The notes beneath the pieces were generated by a model. It was not told the DNA's origin and did not search any database. It saw only the letters and a list, made by a program, of their open reading frames with translations. DNA of 63,748 nt, the filler included, from Octopus bimaculoides (lineage: Eukaryota), in the NCBI RefSeq assembly GCF_001194135.2. It is 4 parts of 4 records of this genome, joined end to end, with 100 filler letters (N's around TTAATTAATTAA, not from the genome) between each part and the next. Parts side by side here need not be neighbours in the genome. Positions count along the whole stretch, not along the records: positions 1 to 24,890 come from NC_068995.1; 3 more parts are not named here. The stretch is one strand, 5' to 3'. Positions within the stretch are counted from its first letter, which is position 1. Every line of letters starts with the position of its first letter. A program made the translations under genes and the position numbers. Shown in pieces: positions 1-13,695 of the stretch.

Positions 1-461
1 ACATGAAGACATATACAAACACATGCACAAATATACAGACACACACACACGGGAGATAAATTAAAATGTTTAAGAATTTACTACTTCACAAATATTCAGT
101 TTCTTTTCTTGCTACCTGAGACAAGTTTTCAGCAGTTTAGCATCTTCCCCACCACCACCACTACACACACATGCGTACACCTACGTTATAAGCACCTATA
201 GATATATACATATACACACACGCATACGTTTGCACTCTGATATACCTGTTGGGAGAGATACATATATACACATACTCCGGTACACTGACTGCACACATTT
301 GTACATTTTCACATATATATATATACCTGGAGCATTAGATTGTGTGTGTGTGTGTGTGTGTTTTATGTCTATTAGAGAGAAAGAGAAACAGTGTATGTTA
401 CTGTATTACGTGTATGATTGCATTCATATTAGAAATGTATGTGTCACAGTATCATCTCCAA

Positions 462-493
<32 letters not shown>

Positions 494-520
494 ATTACTA
501 TTATTATTAATTATTATTAA

Positions 521-738
521 GGCGGCGAGCTGGCAGAATCGTTAGCACGCCGGGCGAAATGCTTAGCGGTATTTAGTCTGCTTCTACGTTCTGAGTTCAA
601 ATTCCGCCGAGATCGACATTGCCTTTCATTGTCGATAAATCAAGTACCTGTGAAACACTGGGGTCGATGTAATCCCCTACCCCAAAATAGCTGCCCTTGT
701 GGCAAAATCTGAAACCAATATTATTATTATTATTATTC
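521..738 (+). mobile_element. tRNA-derived SINE, family A (AATCGTTAGC type), near full length with (TTA)n tail
   Basis: A-box-like TGGCAGAATCG and B-box-like GAGTTCAAATTCC, body GTCGACATTGCCTTTCATT...AAGTACC...GGGGTCGATGTAATC, (TTA)n tail; more than 15 homologous copies in the window. Confidence 0.9.
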
Positions 739-959
739 CAACAAGATAACAGCTCATTCTCTAACAGTACATGAAACACTGAATGTTACTACTACTACTA
801 CTACTACTACTACTCTCACTTCTCTTTTCCTTTAAAACTCCACGTCATCATAATTAAATGGCCCACTGGGTAATGTACTCCCAGGCATCGGAAAATGGGA
901 TAGTCCCAGCTGGGGTGATATTTATCTTAAATCTGTTTGCGTTTACACAACGACAGCAA

Positions 960-1560
960 CAGCAACAACCATGTCCTCAACCACTGCTACCATCCTAAAT
1001 AACGATACCTCAACAATCTTTCGATCACAATACTTCTGTTCCACCGGCACCATTCCACCACGACCTACACCACTCGAAGGAAGAATTTTTACCTTTCACA
1101 ACTTCAGCAAAGACCAAACGCCGCCATTACCACCACCACCAACACCATCACCATCATTATCTTCGTTTATACCATTGCTTCTGCCAACCACCGCCGCCAC
1201 CACCACAACCACCACCACCATTACTATCATCATTAATACCATCATCACTACCACCTCCGCCAAATCTATCTCTACAACCACGTTTGTTAATATCGTTTTC
1301 ACCATAAACATCATCACCATCACCACCACCACCACCGACGCCACCACTACTACCATCGCTGACGCCACCACCTCCACCATCATTTAATAACATGATCACT
1401 ATATATATATATATATATATCCCTATATCCACCTTCGTTGATACCACTACCGCCACCATCAACACCTCAACGACGACCACCACTGTCAATACCACTGCCA
1501 CCGCTACCACTATTCACAATAACAACAACAACAACAGCAGCAGTAAGCATTAATGCTGTT
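960..1560. repeat. Degenerate (ACC/ACT/AAC)n trinucleotide low-complexity tract
   Basis: Runs of CAC/ACC/AAC; it generates the poly-T/poly-V ORFs in the track. Confidence 0.85.
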
Positions 1561-2255
1561 GAGAAAAACTACTCCAGCTCTAGGGTTTCTCTATAAAAGC
1601 AGATATAGTCTTCCATTTATAAAATAACACGGTTATGCTATTAAATGGAATACAACAACAGCAACAACAATAACAAAACATGAAAAAAAAAAATCCCCCA
1701 AAACACAAAGAACGAATCTGCAACAACAACAACAACAACAATCTCGCAAGAACGACAACAATACAACAATAACAATGAAACTCGCTATCCGCCCCCACCA
1801 CCACTACCGTCACCACCACCACCACCACACGCCCTTTCCACCAATAAAAAAAGTGCCACAAGTAATAAAAGAAGAAAAAGAAAAAATACAAGCAACAACA
1901 ACAACAACAGCGGGAGACTGAACCCATCGTCAATCAATAAACAATGGATCGATAAGAATAATTCTCAATTGATTCCTATCACGCTATCCTCAACTACTGT
2001 CTGAGACTATTGTTGTTTAAAGTGCTACAGCTAGCGATGGTGGTGGTGGTGGTGGTGGTGGGTGCTCAGATTGTTACAGTGTATGTGTGTGTGTGTGTGT
2101 GGGGGATTGCATGTTCTATGTTGATTTTATTGTTTTTTTTTTTCATGGCAGTGATGTTGTTGTTTGTTGTTATTGTTGCTGTTGTTGTTTTGAAGAGGTG
2201 ACGGCAGAGAGATGTGGGAAGATTCTGTTGATCAACTAATGTTTTCCATGAACGC

Positions 2256-2256
<1 letters not shown>

Positions 2257-2297
<41 letters not shown>

Positions 2298-2412
2298 TAC
2301 ATACATATATATATATATACATACATATATATACATATATACATACATACATATATATACATATATACATACATACATATATATATATACATACATATAT
2401 ATATATACATAC

Positions 2413-2443
<31 letters not shown>

Positions 2444-3447
2444 CATACATATATATATATACATACATATATACATATATATATATACATACATATATAT
2501 ATATACATACATATATATATATACATACATATATATATATACATACATACATATATATATACATACATACATATATATACATACATACATATATATATAN
2601 NNNNNNNNNNNNNNNNNNNNNNNNNNNNNNNNNNNNNNNNNNNNNNNNNNNNNNNNNNNNNNNNNNNNNNNNNNNNNNNNNNNNNNNNNNNNNNNNNNNN
2701 NNNNNNNNNNNNNNNNNNNNNNNNNNNNNNNNNNNNNNNNNNNNNNNNNNNNNNNNNNNNNNNNNNNNNNNNNNNNNNNNNNNNNNNNNNNNNNNNNNNN
2801 NNNNNNNNNNNNNNNNNNNNNNNNNNNNNNNNNNNNNNNNNNNNNNNNNNNNNNNNNNNNNNNNNNNNNNNNNNNNNNNNNNNNNNNNNNNNNNNNNNNN
2901 NNNNNNNNNNNNNNNNNNNNNNNNNNNNNNNNNNNNNNNNNNNNNNNNNNNNNNNNNNNNNNNNNNNNNNNNNNNNNNNNNNNNNNNNNNNNNNNNNNNN
3001 NNNNNNNNNNNNNNNNNNNNNNNNNNNNNNNNNNNNNNNNNNNNNNNNNNNNNNNNNNNNNNNNNNNNNNNNNNNNNNNNNNNNNNNNNNNNNNNNNNNN
3101 NNNNNNNNNNNNNNNNNNNNNNNNNNNNNNNNNNNNNNNCATACATACATACATACACATATATATACATACATATATACATACACATATATATACATAC
3201 ATATATACATACACATATATATACATACACATATATATACATACATATATACATACATATATACATACATACATATATACATACATATATATATACATAC
3301 ATATATATATATACATATATATACATACATATATACATACATATATATATATACATACATATATATATATACACACACACACACACATATACATATATAT
3401 ACATATACATATATATACACATTCATATACATATGTAAATATACATA

Positions 3448-3482
<35 letters not shown>

Positions 3483-3610
3483 ATATATATACATATATAC
3501 CTATATATATATATACATATATACCTATATGTATACAACTATATATATATAGACACATAATATACATATATACATACATACACATGTATGTATGTATGAG
3601 TTATGTATGT
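2257..3610. repeat. Compound (TA)n/(TACA)n microsatellite spanning a 540-N gap
   Basis: Directly visible TATATACATACA-type units on both sides of the gap. Confidence 0.95.
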
Positions 3611-3629
3611 ATATTAATATAGAGGAAAG

Positions 3630-3796
3630 CGAGAGAGAGGGAGAGAGAGAGAGAGAGAGAGGGAGAGAAAGAGAGAGAGAAAAGAGGGTGCGATATTGAA
3701 TATTAAGATGAGAGGAGGAGACTGGAAGAGAAAGAGATATTGCCAGTCAGGCTGACAGGTAAAATATACAAGTACACGCAGTAGAAGAAGGAACAT

Positions 3797-3886
<90 letters not shown>

Positions 3887-3995
3887 NNNNNNNNNNAGAG
3901 AGAGAGAGAGAAAGAGAGATAGAGAGAGAAAGAGAAAGAGAGAAAGAGAGAGAAAGAGAGAGAAAGAGAGAGAAAGAGAGAGAAAAAGAGAGAGA
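3630..3995. repeat. (GA)n microsatellites
   Basis: Long AG runs, with a 10-N gap inside. Confidence 0.95.
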
Positions 3996-4329
3996 AGCAG
4001 AGTATTAACAACAAGCAATGCATGCAACAAGCGTGAAATGTCTTGGCGTCAGTCTAGAATTGAAACCGGGTCAGGTGCTTGATTCCTTTCGAACAGTCTT
4101 TATCTCGAAGCCCCTAACACTGCACGCACTTCGCATATCTTTGATACGTCTGTTACTCAAAGGCGCGGGTTTGGTAGAACCTTAATACAGTCGGGAAAAT
4201 GCCTCGCTCTATTTCTTCCGCTTCTTTTTTTCTTTTGTTCTTTAAATAGTATCAATCATAGGATTGCGGTCATGCTGAAGCAACGCCTTGACTCATTTAA
4301 ATTTTGCCGTTGCTTCACGTCTGGAAGTT

Positions 4330-4715
4330 GGTCTATGATTGAGTTCATAGAAGCTGATCTTATTTGAGTGTATCTTTAAACGGTTGGCTGGTCTGATGTC
4401 TCGCTAGTAGTTTATCCAATGTTGTTTTAAATGTTTCAGCAGAGGTCCCTTTTATATTGTCTGATTTCTTTTGGGATGTCGTTGATTAACTGAGGACCTC
4501 CACATATTAGACTGGGGCCATAAAGTCTTTTGCCCCTGACTTCGAAGGTGGTACGTATGAAAGCAGAGTACTATCTACCAGCTCTTGCCTTATAATTCTT
4601 TTTAATGCCGAAATTTGGAACATACCCCTTCCGGATTTTCCACACCTGTATGATAGCATGTTCTCTGTTCAAATGAGGCTGAGATCCGCCATGCTCCTTA
4701 CCCTTGAAGGTTAAT
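4330..4715 (-). mobile_element. CR1/L2-like LINE ORF2 3' fragment (decayed)
   Basis: Minus-strand translation across frameshifts/stops gives ...AIIQVWKIRKG, PNFGI, TFEVRG..L, and an F-K..LD.LL-like stretch, typical of the post-RT C-terminus; same type as 37880-38745. Confidence 0.7.
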
Positions 4716-4889
4716 AAAACAAGGTATTGACGGTATCGTTCAACACCGTTCCCTGAAAGATTTCTGGCCCTTTTCCTTCATTTAGAAACAATATGATGTC
4801 TACACGTTCTTTGATTATTCCATCAGAAAATGTTAGTGACATTAATTTAGAAATATAAGCACAAGGCGTTAATGAGGGTCTAATGCAAC

Positions 4890-5206
4890 GTTTTTCAAAC
4901 TGGGTCCCTATAAGATTTTTGGGTGTCCACACAAGCAAAAACTAGGGATCCACGAGTTATATTTTAAGGGTCCATGGAAAATTTTGACTTAAATGTATGT
5001 ATTGCAAGAAACAGCTAGGTTTCTTTCTCTAAGGTTTTACATAGTTAAACCTACACAAGTGAATACATGAAAAACAAAATAGGAAGTTCGAAAGAAGTAC
5101 CTATAAAACTAATTTTTTAACATTGAACAGCTATGGAGGGGTCCACCAGGACAAAATAGGAATCAATGGGGTCCATAGATTTTTAAAAAATGGTTAAGAA
5201 CCACTG
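4890..5206. mobile_element. hAT-like MITE, second family, degenerate
   Basis: Left end ...TTTTTCAAACTGGGTCC, right end GGTTAAGAACCACTG (reverse complement CAGTGGTTCTTAACC), repeated GGGTCC subterminal motifs; a related end GTGGTTCTTAACCGGGGTC occurs near 19929. Confidence 0.6.
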
Positions 5207-5854
5207 ATCAAGAGTGAACTGATGATTATATCGATCCGCTGTATTTGATGGTATTAATTTTATCGACCCAGGAATGATAATTCAGTATCAACGGGATTTG
5301 TACTCAAAACATAAAGAGAAGTAACTAAATATTGCAAAGCATTTTAACCAAAATTCTACCGATTTCTGTCATCCTTTTTCCATCAATTTATATTTAGGCC
5401 GTATCAAATGCTACAGAATTTAGAGAAAAGGACGGATTGAGGGAATTATACTGCTGTGGTATTCAGGTTTCCCCACCCCAAGAGGAAATGAACTGAACTT
5501 GCGTTAACCGAGAGAGGAAACCATGTCGAGGTTTTGTTTCATTGATAGCTTTCTACACGCAGTGCAACCAAGAGCCTACGAGAAAGCATCTCTGCTAGAA
5601 ATAGATGAGAAAACTCCCTCAAATCATACTCTATTTTATTAAATAAAAGAATGTGTTGGACAATGCTAACAGGCGATGAATAAATAAATAAACATTGAGA
5701 CTGCCACGGTTGGAACACCTTTTACCATAGTTCTACTCAGTCTTGTTTAATATTGAGTTGTACAGCAACAGAAACAATAATAACAACAACAGTAACTGAG
5801 AACAGGAACAAAATGAATAAATTAATTTTGTAATTGCGAGGCAGTGAATTAGAT

Positions 5855-6064
5855 CAGGGGTTTTCAAATTGTGGTCCGCGGACCACAGGGAGTCCGTGGA
5901 CAGCAAATACTTTTTATGGGCAATTTGATTTTATATATGTTTTTTAATCGAAATCTTTTAATTGACAATAAACCTATTTGTTAAATACAGTTATATAAAT
6001 AAATGTAAAAATATGTTATTTTAAGCAAATATTTATGTATAAATTTCATAAAGCCTGAAATATA
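5855..6064 (+). mobile_element. hAT (Charlie-like) MITE, left part, cut by gap
   Basis: Starts CAGGGGTTTTCAAA and is nearly identical to 7656-7955 apart from two indels. Confidence 0.85.
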
Positions 6065-7539
6065 NNNNNNNNNNNNNNNNNNNNNNNNNNNNNNNNNNNN
6101 NNNNNNNNNNNNNNNNNNNNNNNNNNNNNNNNNNNNNNNNNNNNNNNNNNNNNNNNNNNNNNNNNNNNNNNNNNNNNNNNNNNNNNNNNNNNNNNNNNNN
6201 NNNNNNNNNNNNNNNNNNNNNNNNNNNNNNNNNNNNNNNNNNNNNNNNNNNNNNNNNNNNNNNNNNNNNNNNNNNNNNNNNNNNNNNNNNNNNNNNNNNN
6301 NNNNNNNNNNNNNNNNNNNNNNNNNNNNNNNNNNNNNNNNNNNNNNNNNNNNNNNNNNNNNNNNNNNNNNNNNNNNNNNNNNNNNNNNNNNNNNNNNNNN
6401 NNNNNNNNNNNNNNNNNNNNNNNNNNNNNNNNNNNNNNNNNNNNNNNNNNNNNNNNNNNNNNNNNNNNNNNNNNNNNNNNNNNNNNNNNNNNNNNNNNNN
6501 NNNNNNNNNNNNNNNNNNNNNNNNNNNNNNNNNNNNNNNNNNNNNNNNNNNNNNNNNNNNNNNNNNNNNNNNNNNNNNNNNNNNNNNNNNNNNNNNNNNN
6601 NNNNNNGCGTTTTGTATCAATCATAGTACAGGCTTTATTTTCTTTTTAAAATATCAAAAATGTGATTTGTGGTATTTTTCGGGCCTATTTCTAACAAGTC
6701 GAGCGAGTGCACAGATGCTCTTGTGTGCATGTGAGCCGTGTGATGTATGAAAGAACAGGAGGAAAGAACAAAGTGGTTGAAAAGGAAATTCTTGCGCAAC
6801 TAACCACAATCGATATCACAGCCACCACCGTCACCTTCACGCTATTCACAACTACCGACACCCAAACCTCCACCACCACCACCACCACCACCGCCACTAC
6901 CACCGCCGCCGTCTTCTTTGTGTTTCTACCGTCATCGTTGTTAACCAAATATTGTTGATCATTTTCCTGACAATTAGTGGTCATTCTCTATATATACATG
7001 TAGCTACACACACACAGAAACACATTGATGCGTGTCTGTACACACACATACACAAATTGTATAGCTTACCCACAAACACACATATACACACACACACACA
7101 CACATCGGTGCATATATGTGTTTGTGTGCATTATGAAAGAATATGGAAGTATGCAAGCGTATAAATATGTATACAATATAGACATATACATATTTACATA
7201 GATAAATACACACACACACACACACATATGCACGCACATACACAGCTCATTGCAACTCAGTAATGGCATACTGCTTGTTATAAATTTAGCAATTTCAATA
7301 ATGCTAATGAAAATACCATTCCAGAGTAATTCTGGCTTTCTGTTTCAAAAGCCAGGCTCAGGTTTCTGAAGAATGGTCTCTGATTTCTTTACATACATCT
7401 CTCTTTAGTAAAACGTACCGCATTACACTCAGTGCCAAATGTTAGCCCCACGATGAAGCCTACGTATAGGGAAGACTGCTTATTGTTCTACTACGAATCT
7501 TTTTATTGATCCAGTTATTAAATCTCTTCAAATGTGCGT

Positions 7540-8015
7540 GGAATGAGAGAAGGTGTCTCACTGTGGCCTCCTACGAGAAATAGCAGCCAAATAACCCCTT
7601 AAATCACACTCTACTATTTTCAATGAAGAACGATAAATTCGTTAATGCTCTAGATCAGGGGTTTTCAAACTGCGGTCCCCGGACCACAGGGGGTCCGCAA
7701 GGACAAGACAGGGGGTCCGCAAGGACAGCAAATACTTTTTATGGGCAATTTGATTTTATATATGTTTTTTAATCGAAATCTTTTAATTGACAATAAACCT
7801 ATTTGTTAAATACTGTTAAGTAAATAAATGTAAAAATATATGTTATTTTAAGCAAATATTTATGTATAAATTTCATAAGCGTTTATAAGGGGGTCTCTAA
7901 GGTAAAGCCTGAAATATAAAGGGGTCCGCAAGTCAAGAAGTTTGAAAACCCCCTGCTCTAGATAACGTCTCAAAAGACGATCTGGTCATGGCTGGAATAA
8001 TTCTGGCCGTGGGTC
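7540..8015 (+). mobile_element. Unclassified interspersed repeat (family E) split by the hAT MITE
   Basis: GAAATAGCAGCCAAAT..CCCT.AAATCAC motif before the MITE and GGTCATGGCTGGAAT after it; related motifs near 5595, 19560 (minus) and 46995. Confidence 0.55.
7656..7955 (+). mobile_element. Complete 300-bp hAT (Charlie-like) MITE
   Basis: TIRs CAGGGGTTTTCAAACT / AGTTTGAAAACCCCCTG; exact 8-bp TSD CTCTAGAT at 7648-7655 and 7956-7963, matching the NTCTAGAN preference of Charlie hATs. Confidence 0.95.
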
Positions 8016-8149
8016 TTTATTTTTTCGACCCTGGAAACATGAAAGGTGACAAAGGGGCGAACTGAATCCAAGACATAAAGAGCTCGGCCAAATACCACCG
8101 CTCTAACACTTCTAAACCATTGGGTTAATAAGTGTAACAACAATAACAT

Positions 8150-8588
8150 TTTACAGAATCATTAGCGCATCAGACAGAATGCATAGCAGCATTTCGCCCG
8201 TCTTTATCTCTGAGTTCTAATACCACCGAGATTGGCTTTCACCCTTTCTGGGTCTATGAAATAAGGAGCGACTAATAAGTACGGTGGTCGATATAATCGA
8301 TTTACACCTTCCCTCAAAATTGTCGCTCTTATGCCAAAATTAGAAAGAGTTCTTCTTCGTTTTACTACTACTACCACTACTACTAAGGTGGCGAGTTGGC
8401 AGAATCGTTAGCATGTCAGATAAACTGTTTAGCAACATTTCTACTGACTTTACGTCCTGAGTTCAAATTCCGACTTTGCCTTTCATCCTTTCGCGGTCGA
8501 TTAAATAAGTACCAGTTACGCACTGGGCCGATGTAATCGACTTAATCTCTTCCCCCAAATTTGAGGCATTGTCCTTCTATTAGAAAGG

Positions 8589-8620
<32 letters not shown>

Positions 8621-8870
8621 GGCGGCGAGCTGACAGGATCGTTAGCACGCCGGACGAAATGCTTAGTGACATTTCGCCTATCGCTACGTTCTGAGTTCAA
8701 ATTCAGCAGAGGTCGACTTTACCGTTCATTCTTTCGAGGGTCGATAAAATAAGTACCAGTTGAACACTGGAATCGATGTAATCGACGTATCCCCTCCCAC
8801 CAAAAGTGCTGCCTTTGTAGCAAAATTTCAAACCATTATTATCATTATTATTATTATTATTATTGTTATT
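8150..8870 (+). mobile_element. Three head-to-tail family A SINEs separated by (ACT)n/(ATT)n
   Basis: AATC(A/G)TTAGC heads near 8158, 8403 and 8639, each followed by the family A body. Confidence 0.85.
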
Positions 8871-9909
8871 ATTTATGGTTGCAATGATGTTTTGCAAGAT
8901 GGATGATACTAGGACGCGCTTGACTAAATGCTTTCTTTGCCAGTATTTTCGTTTTGTCGCCTTGCTTACTCTCCTTTTGCTACCAGTAATATGTGTAAAT
9001 TGGGCCGCCCTAATGAAAAAAAAAAGACCTCATTATTGTTAATAAGGGTGGGTGGGTGTTATTGTGGGAGGTTATAATGAAAAGACACCGTTTATAAACC
9101 AACAAGGTAGGCAAACAGAAATGAATAAAACAAACAAAATTTAGAAGAAAAGTAAAGAAAACAGCAAAAATGGAAACAATAGAAATAACAAAAACAATAC
9201 ACACCCAACAACAATGACAACAACATAAACGATAACAATAACAGCAACCATATTAAAGTATTTATTTATTTATTTATTTGCCTTTCCTAGATGAGTCAAT
9301 TTGATTGGTTTAATTTCTTTATTAAAAGCTCGTTGAACCAAAGAAATGGCTTCCAGCCAAAATATTGAAGTCAAACAAGCAGACGATTTTTACAGATTGT
9401 ATTTGTTTTGTTTAAATAATCTCTTCTTTTTTTTTTTACTGTTTCTTACGTTCGTCTGTTGTTGTTGTTGTTTAATTCAGTTTACTTTAAATGGAGTATG
9501 GTAGGGGTGGGGTTAAATTTCTTAGCTTTATTTATTTTCTTTTAAATACTTCCATATTTATTTTGTTTGTTGTTACTGGTGGTGGTGTTGGAGGTTGTGG
9601 TGGAGTTGGTAGTGGTGTTGATGGTGGTGGTGTTCATGGTGGTGATGTTGATGGTGATGGTGTTGATGGTGGGGGGCATGTTGATGGTGATGACGGAAGA
9701 AAAGGGAAACATTCTTCTTACGACAAAATTGGAATTCTCTGCTTCTACCCTCATCCTCGCCATTTTTTCCCAGTAATCCCTTTCTTAATATCTTCGTCGT
9801 CATCGTCATCATCATCATCATCATCATCATCATGACCAGCAGCAAAAACAACAATCCTAAGACGATGATTAATCGTTTGAAATATATTACTATATTACAC
9901 ACGTACATA

Positions 9910-10309
9910 GGTGCAGGAGTGGTTGTGTGGTAAGTAGCTTGCTTACCAACCACATGGTTCCAGGTTCAGTCCCACAGCGTGGCACCTTGGGCAAGTGTCT
10001 TCTACTGTAGCCTCGGGCCAGCCAAAGCCTTGTGATTGGATTTGCTGGACGGAAACTGAAAGAAGCCCGTCGTATATATGTGTTTCTGTGTCTGTGTTTG
10101 TCCCCCTAGAATATGTGTTTGTGTGTCTGTGTTTGTCCCCCGATGCAGGTGTGTTTATGTCCCCGTAACTTAGTGGTTCGGTAAAAGTGACCGATAGAAT
10201 AAGTACTAGGCTTGCAAAGAATAAGTCCTGGGGTCGATTTGCTCGACTAAAGGCGGTGCTCCAGCATGGCCGCAGTCAAATGACAGAAACAAGTAAAAGA
10301 TTAAAAGAG
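9910..10309 (+). mobile_element. Full-length family B SINE (CORE-like, bipartite)
   Basis: tRNA-like head with GGTTCAGTCCC, CORE-like GCACCTTGGGCAAGTGTCTT, internal microsatellite, 3' module ending GCAGTCAAATGACAGAAACAAGTAAAAGA. Confidence 0.9.
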
Positions 10310-10901
10310 TATACACACACGTTTACACATACATACATACATGAGCCATCCTCCCATCCATACATACGTACGTACCTGCATAAATTATAAAACACATAGA
10401 TATACAAACAGTGATTTTTCAACATTATCTTAGAATTTATGGATTCACTTCATAGAGAATTGTTTTGTTATATATTAACATGCGAATGATCATAACGATG
10501 CAAATTTTCATTGTAGCTGTTGCGTTGTTATTATAGTTGTTTTATTTTATCTATCTATTTATTTTAATTAATAGGGGTGTCCTTTGTTTTGTTTTTTTTC
10601 CTCGAGGTCAGTCCTGATCGAAAAATGGTTTAAGGCATTTTTTTTTCCCATATGCAGGATAACCCTAGACCATATCAACCGATTAATGATATATACCAGT
10701 TATATAACTGTGTGCTGAGATGATTGATCTTATAAACAAATAGAGAGGGACGCCATTTTAGGTGTTAGGTAATGGCTGCATGCGACTTATAACCGTCAAG
10801 ATTTAAATTCAAATTTACACGCACGCGCAAAATACCCGCTGTACATGCTTCGGAATATACATATATAAATGCGTGTGGGTTTAGGCTGGAATGGAATTAT
10901 A

Positions 10902-10937
<36 letters not shown>

Positions 10938-11200
10938 GTGCGTGTGTGTTCTGCAAAAAAGAGCGATCATATATAATGTCAGTGATATTTATTTTCCCAT
11001 GCCGGTACGAGGATCTGACAGTGTGATAAATATCACGAACGTACTCAAAACTAATCCATTACGCGTGCGCACTGACAGAGAGAGAGAGAGGGGGGTTGGG
11101 AGGGGAGAAGCGTATACTTATACCTTGTATAAGATATACGGCAATTCGAAATTGCAGATATGCACACACATTATGCTGTGATATACATATATGTGTGATT

Positions 11201-11237
<37 letters not shown>

Positions 11238-11426
11238 GAGACTGACTGATATATAGAGCGATAAACAGACAGATTGAGAGATAGATAAATGGTGAGCCGT
11301 CAGTATATACATATACATGCATAAGTATGTATATCTACACACATATATAGTTACATACGCGTATGTGTGTACATATGTGTGTATATATATATATATATAT
11401 ACACACACACAAAAAGAGCGAGATAA

Positions 11427-11467
<41 letters not shown>

Positions 11468-13290
11468 CAGATCGATTGAGGATAGCTATATTAGCGCTAA
11501 AAGCTTATCATAAACATACAGTTTTAACAGTTTCGAAGTATTTCGTACATAGCCATTATTTAGTATGCTGTATGGAAGTAAGGACAAATATGGTGAAATA
11601 TACCAAACTGAAAGGGAGAATTATTGAAGAAATACTGTAAATTTCTAAAAAATGATTCTACGTTGGTTCGAAACGTTTATAGATGTTCTTGTTTTGCTTG
11701 GCACCGGTCAGCTTTGCTAGAGTAAACCTACGACGAAAGACTTCTATATGTAAAAGTTCTCTCTTGTAGCAGTATTTTCTTCTCTCTTTTGTTTTCTCTG
11801 CCCCTCTGCTTCTCTCTCACTCTCTCTCTCTCCATCACTCTTTTCTCTCATTATCTCTTTTCCCGTCTCTCCACTCTATTTGTAACTTTTTCTGCGTGAG
11901 AATACATACCTATATATATATATATATATATATATATNNNNNNNNNNNNNNNNNNNNNNNNNNNNNNNNNNNNNNNNNNNNNNNNNNNNNNNNNNNNNNN
12001 NNNNNNNNNNNNNNNNNNNNNNNNNNNNNNNNNNNNNNNNNNNNNNNNNNNNNNNNNNNNNNNNNNNNNNNNNNNNNNNNNNNNNNNNNNNNNNNNNNNN
12101 NNNNNNNNNNNNNNNNNNNNNNNNNNNNNNNNNNNNNNNNNNNNNNNNNNNNNNNNNNNNNNNNNNNNNNNNNNNNNNNNNNNNNNNNNNNNNNNNNNNN
12201 NNNNNNNNNNNNNNNNNNNNNNNNNNNNNNNNNNNNNNNNNNNNNNNNNNNNNNNNNNNNNNNNNNNNNNNNNNNNNNNNNNNNNNNNNNNNNNNNNNNN
12301 NTATATATATATATATGCATATATAAAATTCAAAAATTTCACAGAAGGCCGACAAAGGAATATGGAAAATTCACAGACGTGGACATGCTTTTCCCTCATC
12401 TGTTATCCATAAAAAATCATAACAATTATTCATTTTAGTAATACCGACACCATAATTTTGCTGGGAATATATTAGCGAACATCAAAAACGGTGACGAAAA
12501 CAAATGGCACAAACAGTTGGTACATGTATGTGCGTGTGTTTGTGTTTGTGCGTGTGTGTGTGTGTACATATTCACACATTCTTTTGCTCATTCATGCTAC
12601 ATTCATATAGGTGTCCTTTCCATTTATCATACATCTATTTCTCTCGTCTGCTGGAGACAAGGTAGGACCATTAATGTGCTGATGAGACTTAAAGAGGCAG
12701 AAACAGGTGTTCTGTTTTGTCTTCAGGAAATCAGACTGCCTTCTTAATGGCTCATCAGTTTCGGAGATTTCTAGATTTTGAGATTACATTTCCTAGTCTT
12801 TCGGACTTGGTACCAAACAATTGGTGAACTCTCTCTGGAATGGAAACATTTTAAATTTAAAAAATCAAGAATTTCTCTTGTAAGTTGTTTGGAAATATTT
12901 TTATTCGTGTTTCTTCCATATAGCCATGACGTTGATCATTCTTAGTTGTTTCCCTGAGCTCATTTTCTCTTCACACACACACAATCATCAATACTACCAC
13001 TACCACCACCATCCCGATGTCGACCACCATTACTATTATTACTACACCATAAGTTCCATCTGCTAAGTCCGTTTCAGCATCTCCATCTGTACACCTCACT
13101 CCCCAGCAACACACATCACCCTCATTCTCTACTCACCCGGCACCGCCATTGTAGACCCCTACTACTAAGAAACCCTGCCATTCCAGACCCCAGCCGAAAC
13201 AAGACCCCTGCAATTCCATGAGCTTTTATTCTTCAAAGGGCTCTATTGTTGTTTTTCCACCTAGAAACAGCGGACACTACAAACGTGCGT

Positions 13291-13368
<78 letters not shown>

Positions 13369-13695
13369 AAGAGAGAGGGCTGAGGTGCTGGATGTTGTGT
13401 CATTGTATAAACGTTTGAATGAATGCGAATGGGCTACGAGGTATTGTTATTGGGTACGTATGTGTGAGGGACAACATGCGTTTGGTGGCTTCAATAACAA
13501 TATTGTTGTTGCTGTTGTTGCTATTGTGCATTGGTTTATGAAAGAATACATAGTGAGACATTGTCTGTGAGACATTCGCACGCGCTCGTGTGTGTATGTG
13601 TACTTCTACAAGTGTGTTTTGGGGTGTATATGCCAGTGATTTTCTAGATATATGTTCATGTATGCGTGTGAATTTATGAATGCACACATACACAC

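Noticed and set aside
2066-3432. Long ORFs of 396-442 aa and similar ORFs at 12, 15, 26, 39 and 44 kb
   Set aside because: Made of (TA)/(CA) microsatellites and N runs; no coding signal
12727-12880. Plus-strand acceptor TTTTGTCTTCAG with GTAAGT about 150 nt downstream
   Set aside because: All three frames contain stops; may be a decayed retroelement or UTR exon, but nothing supports a call
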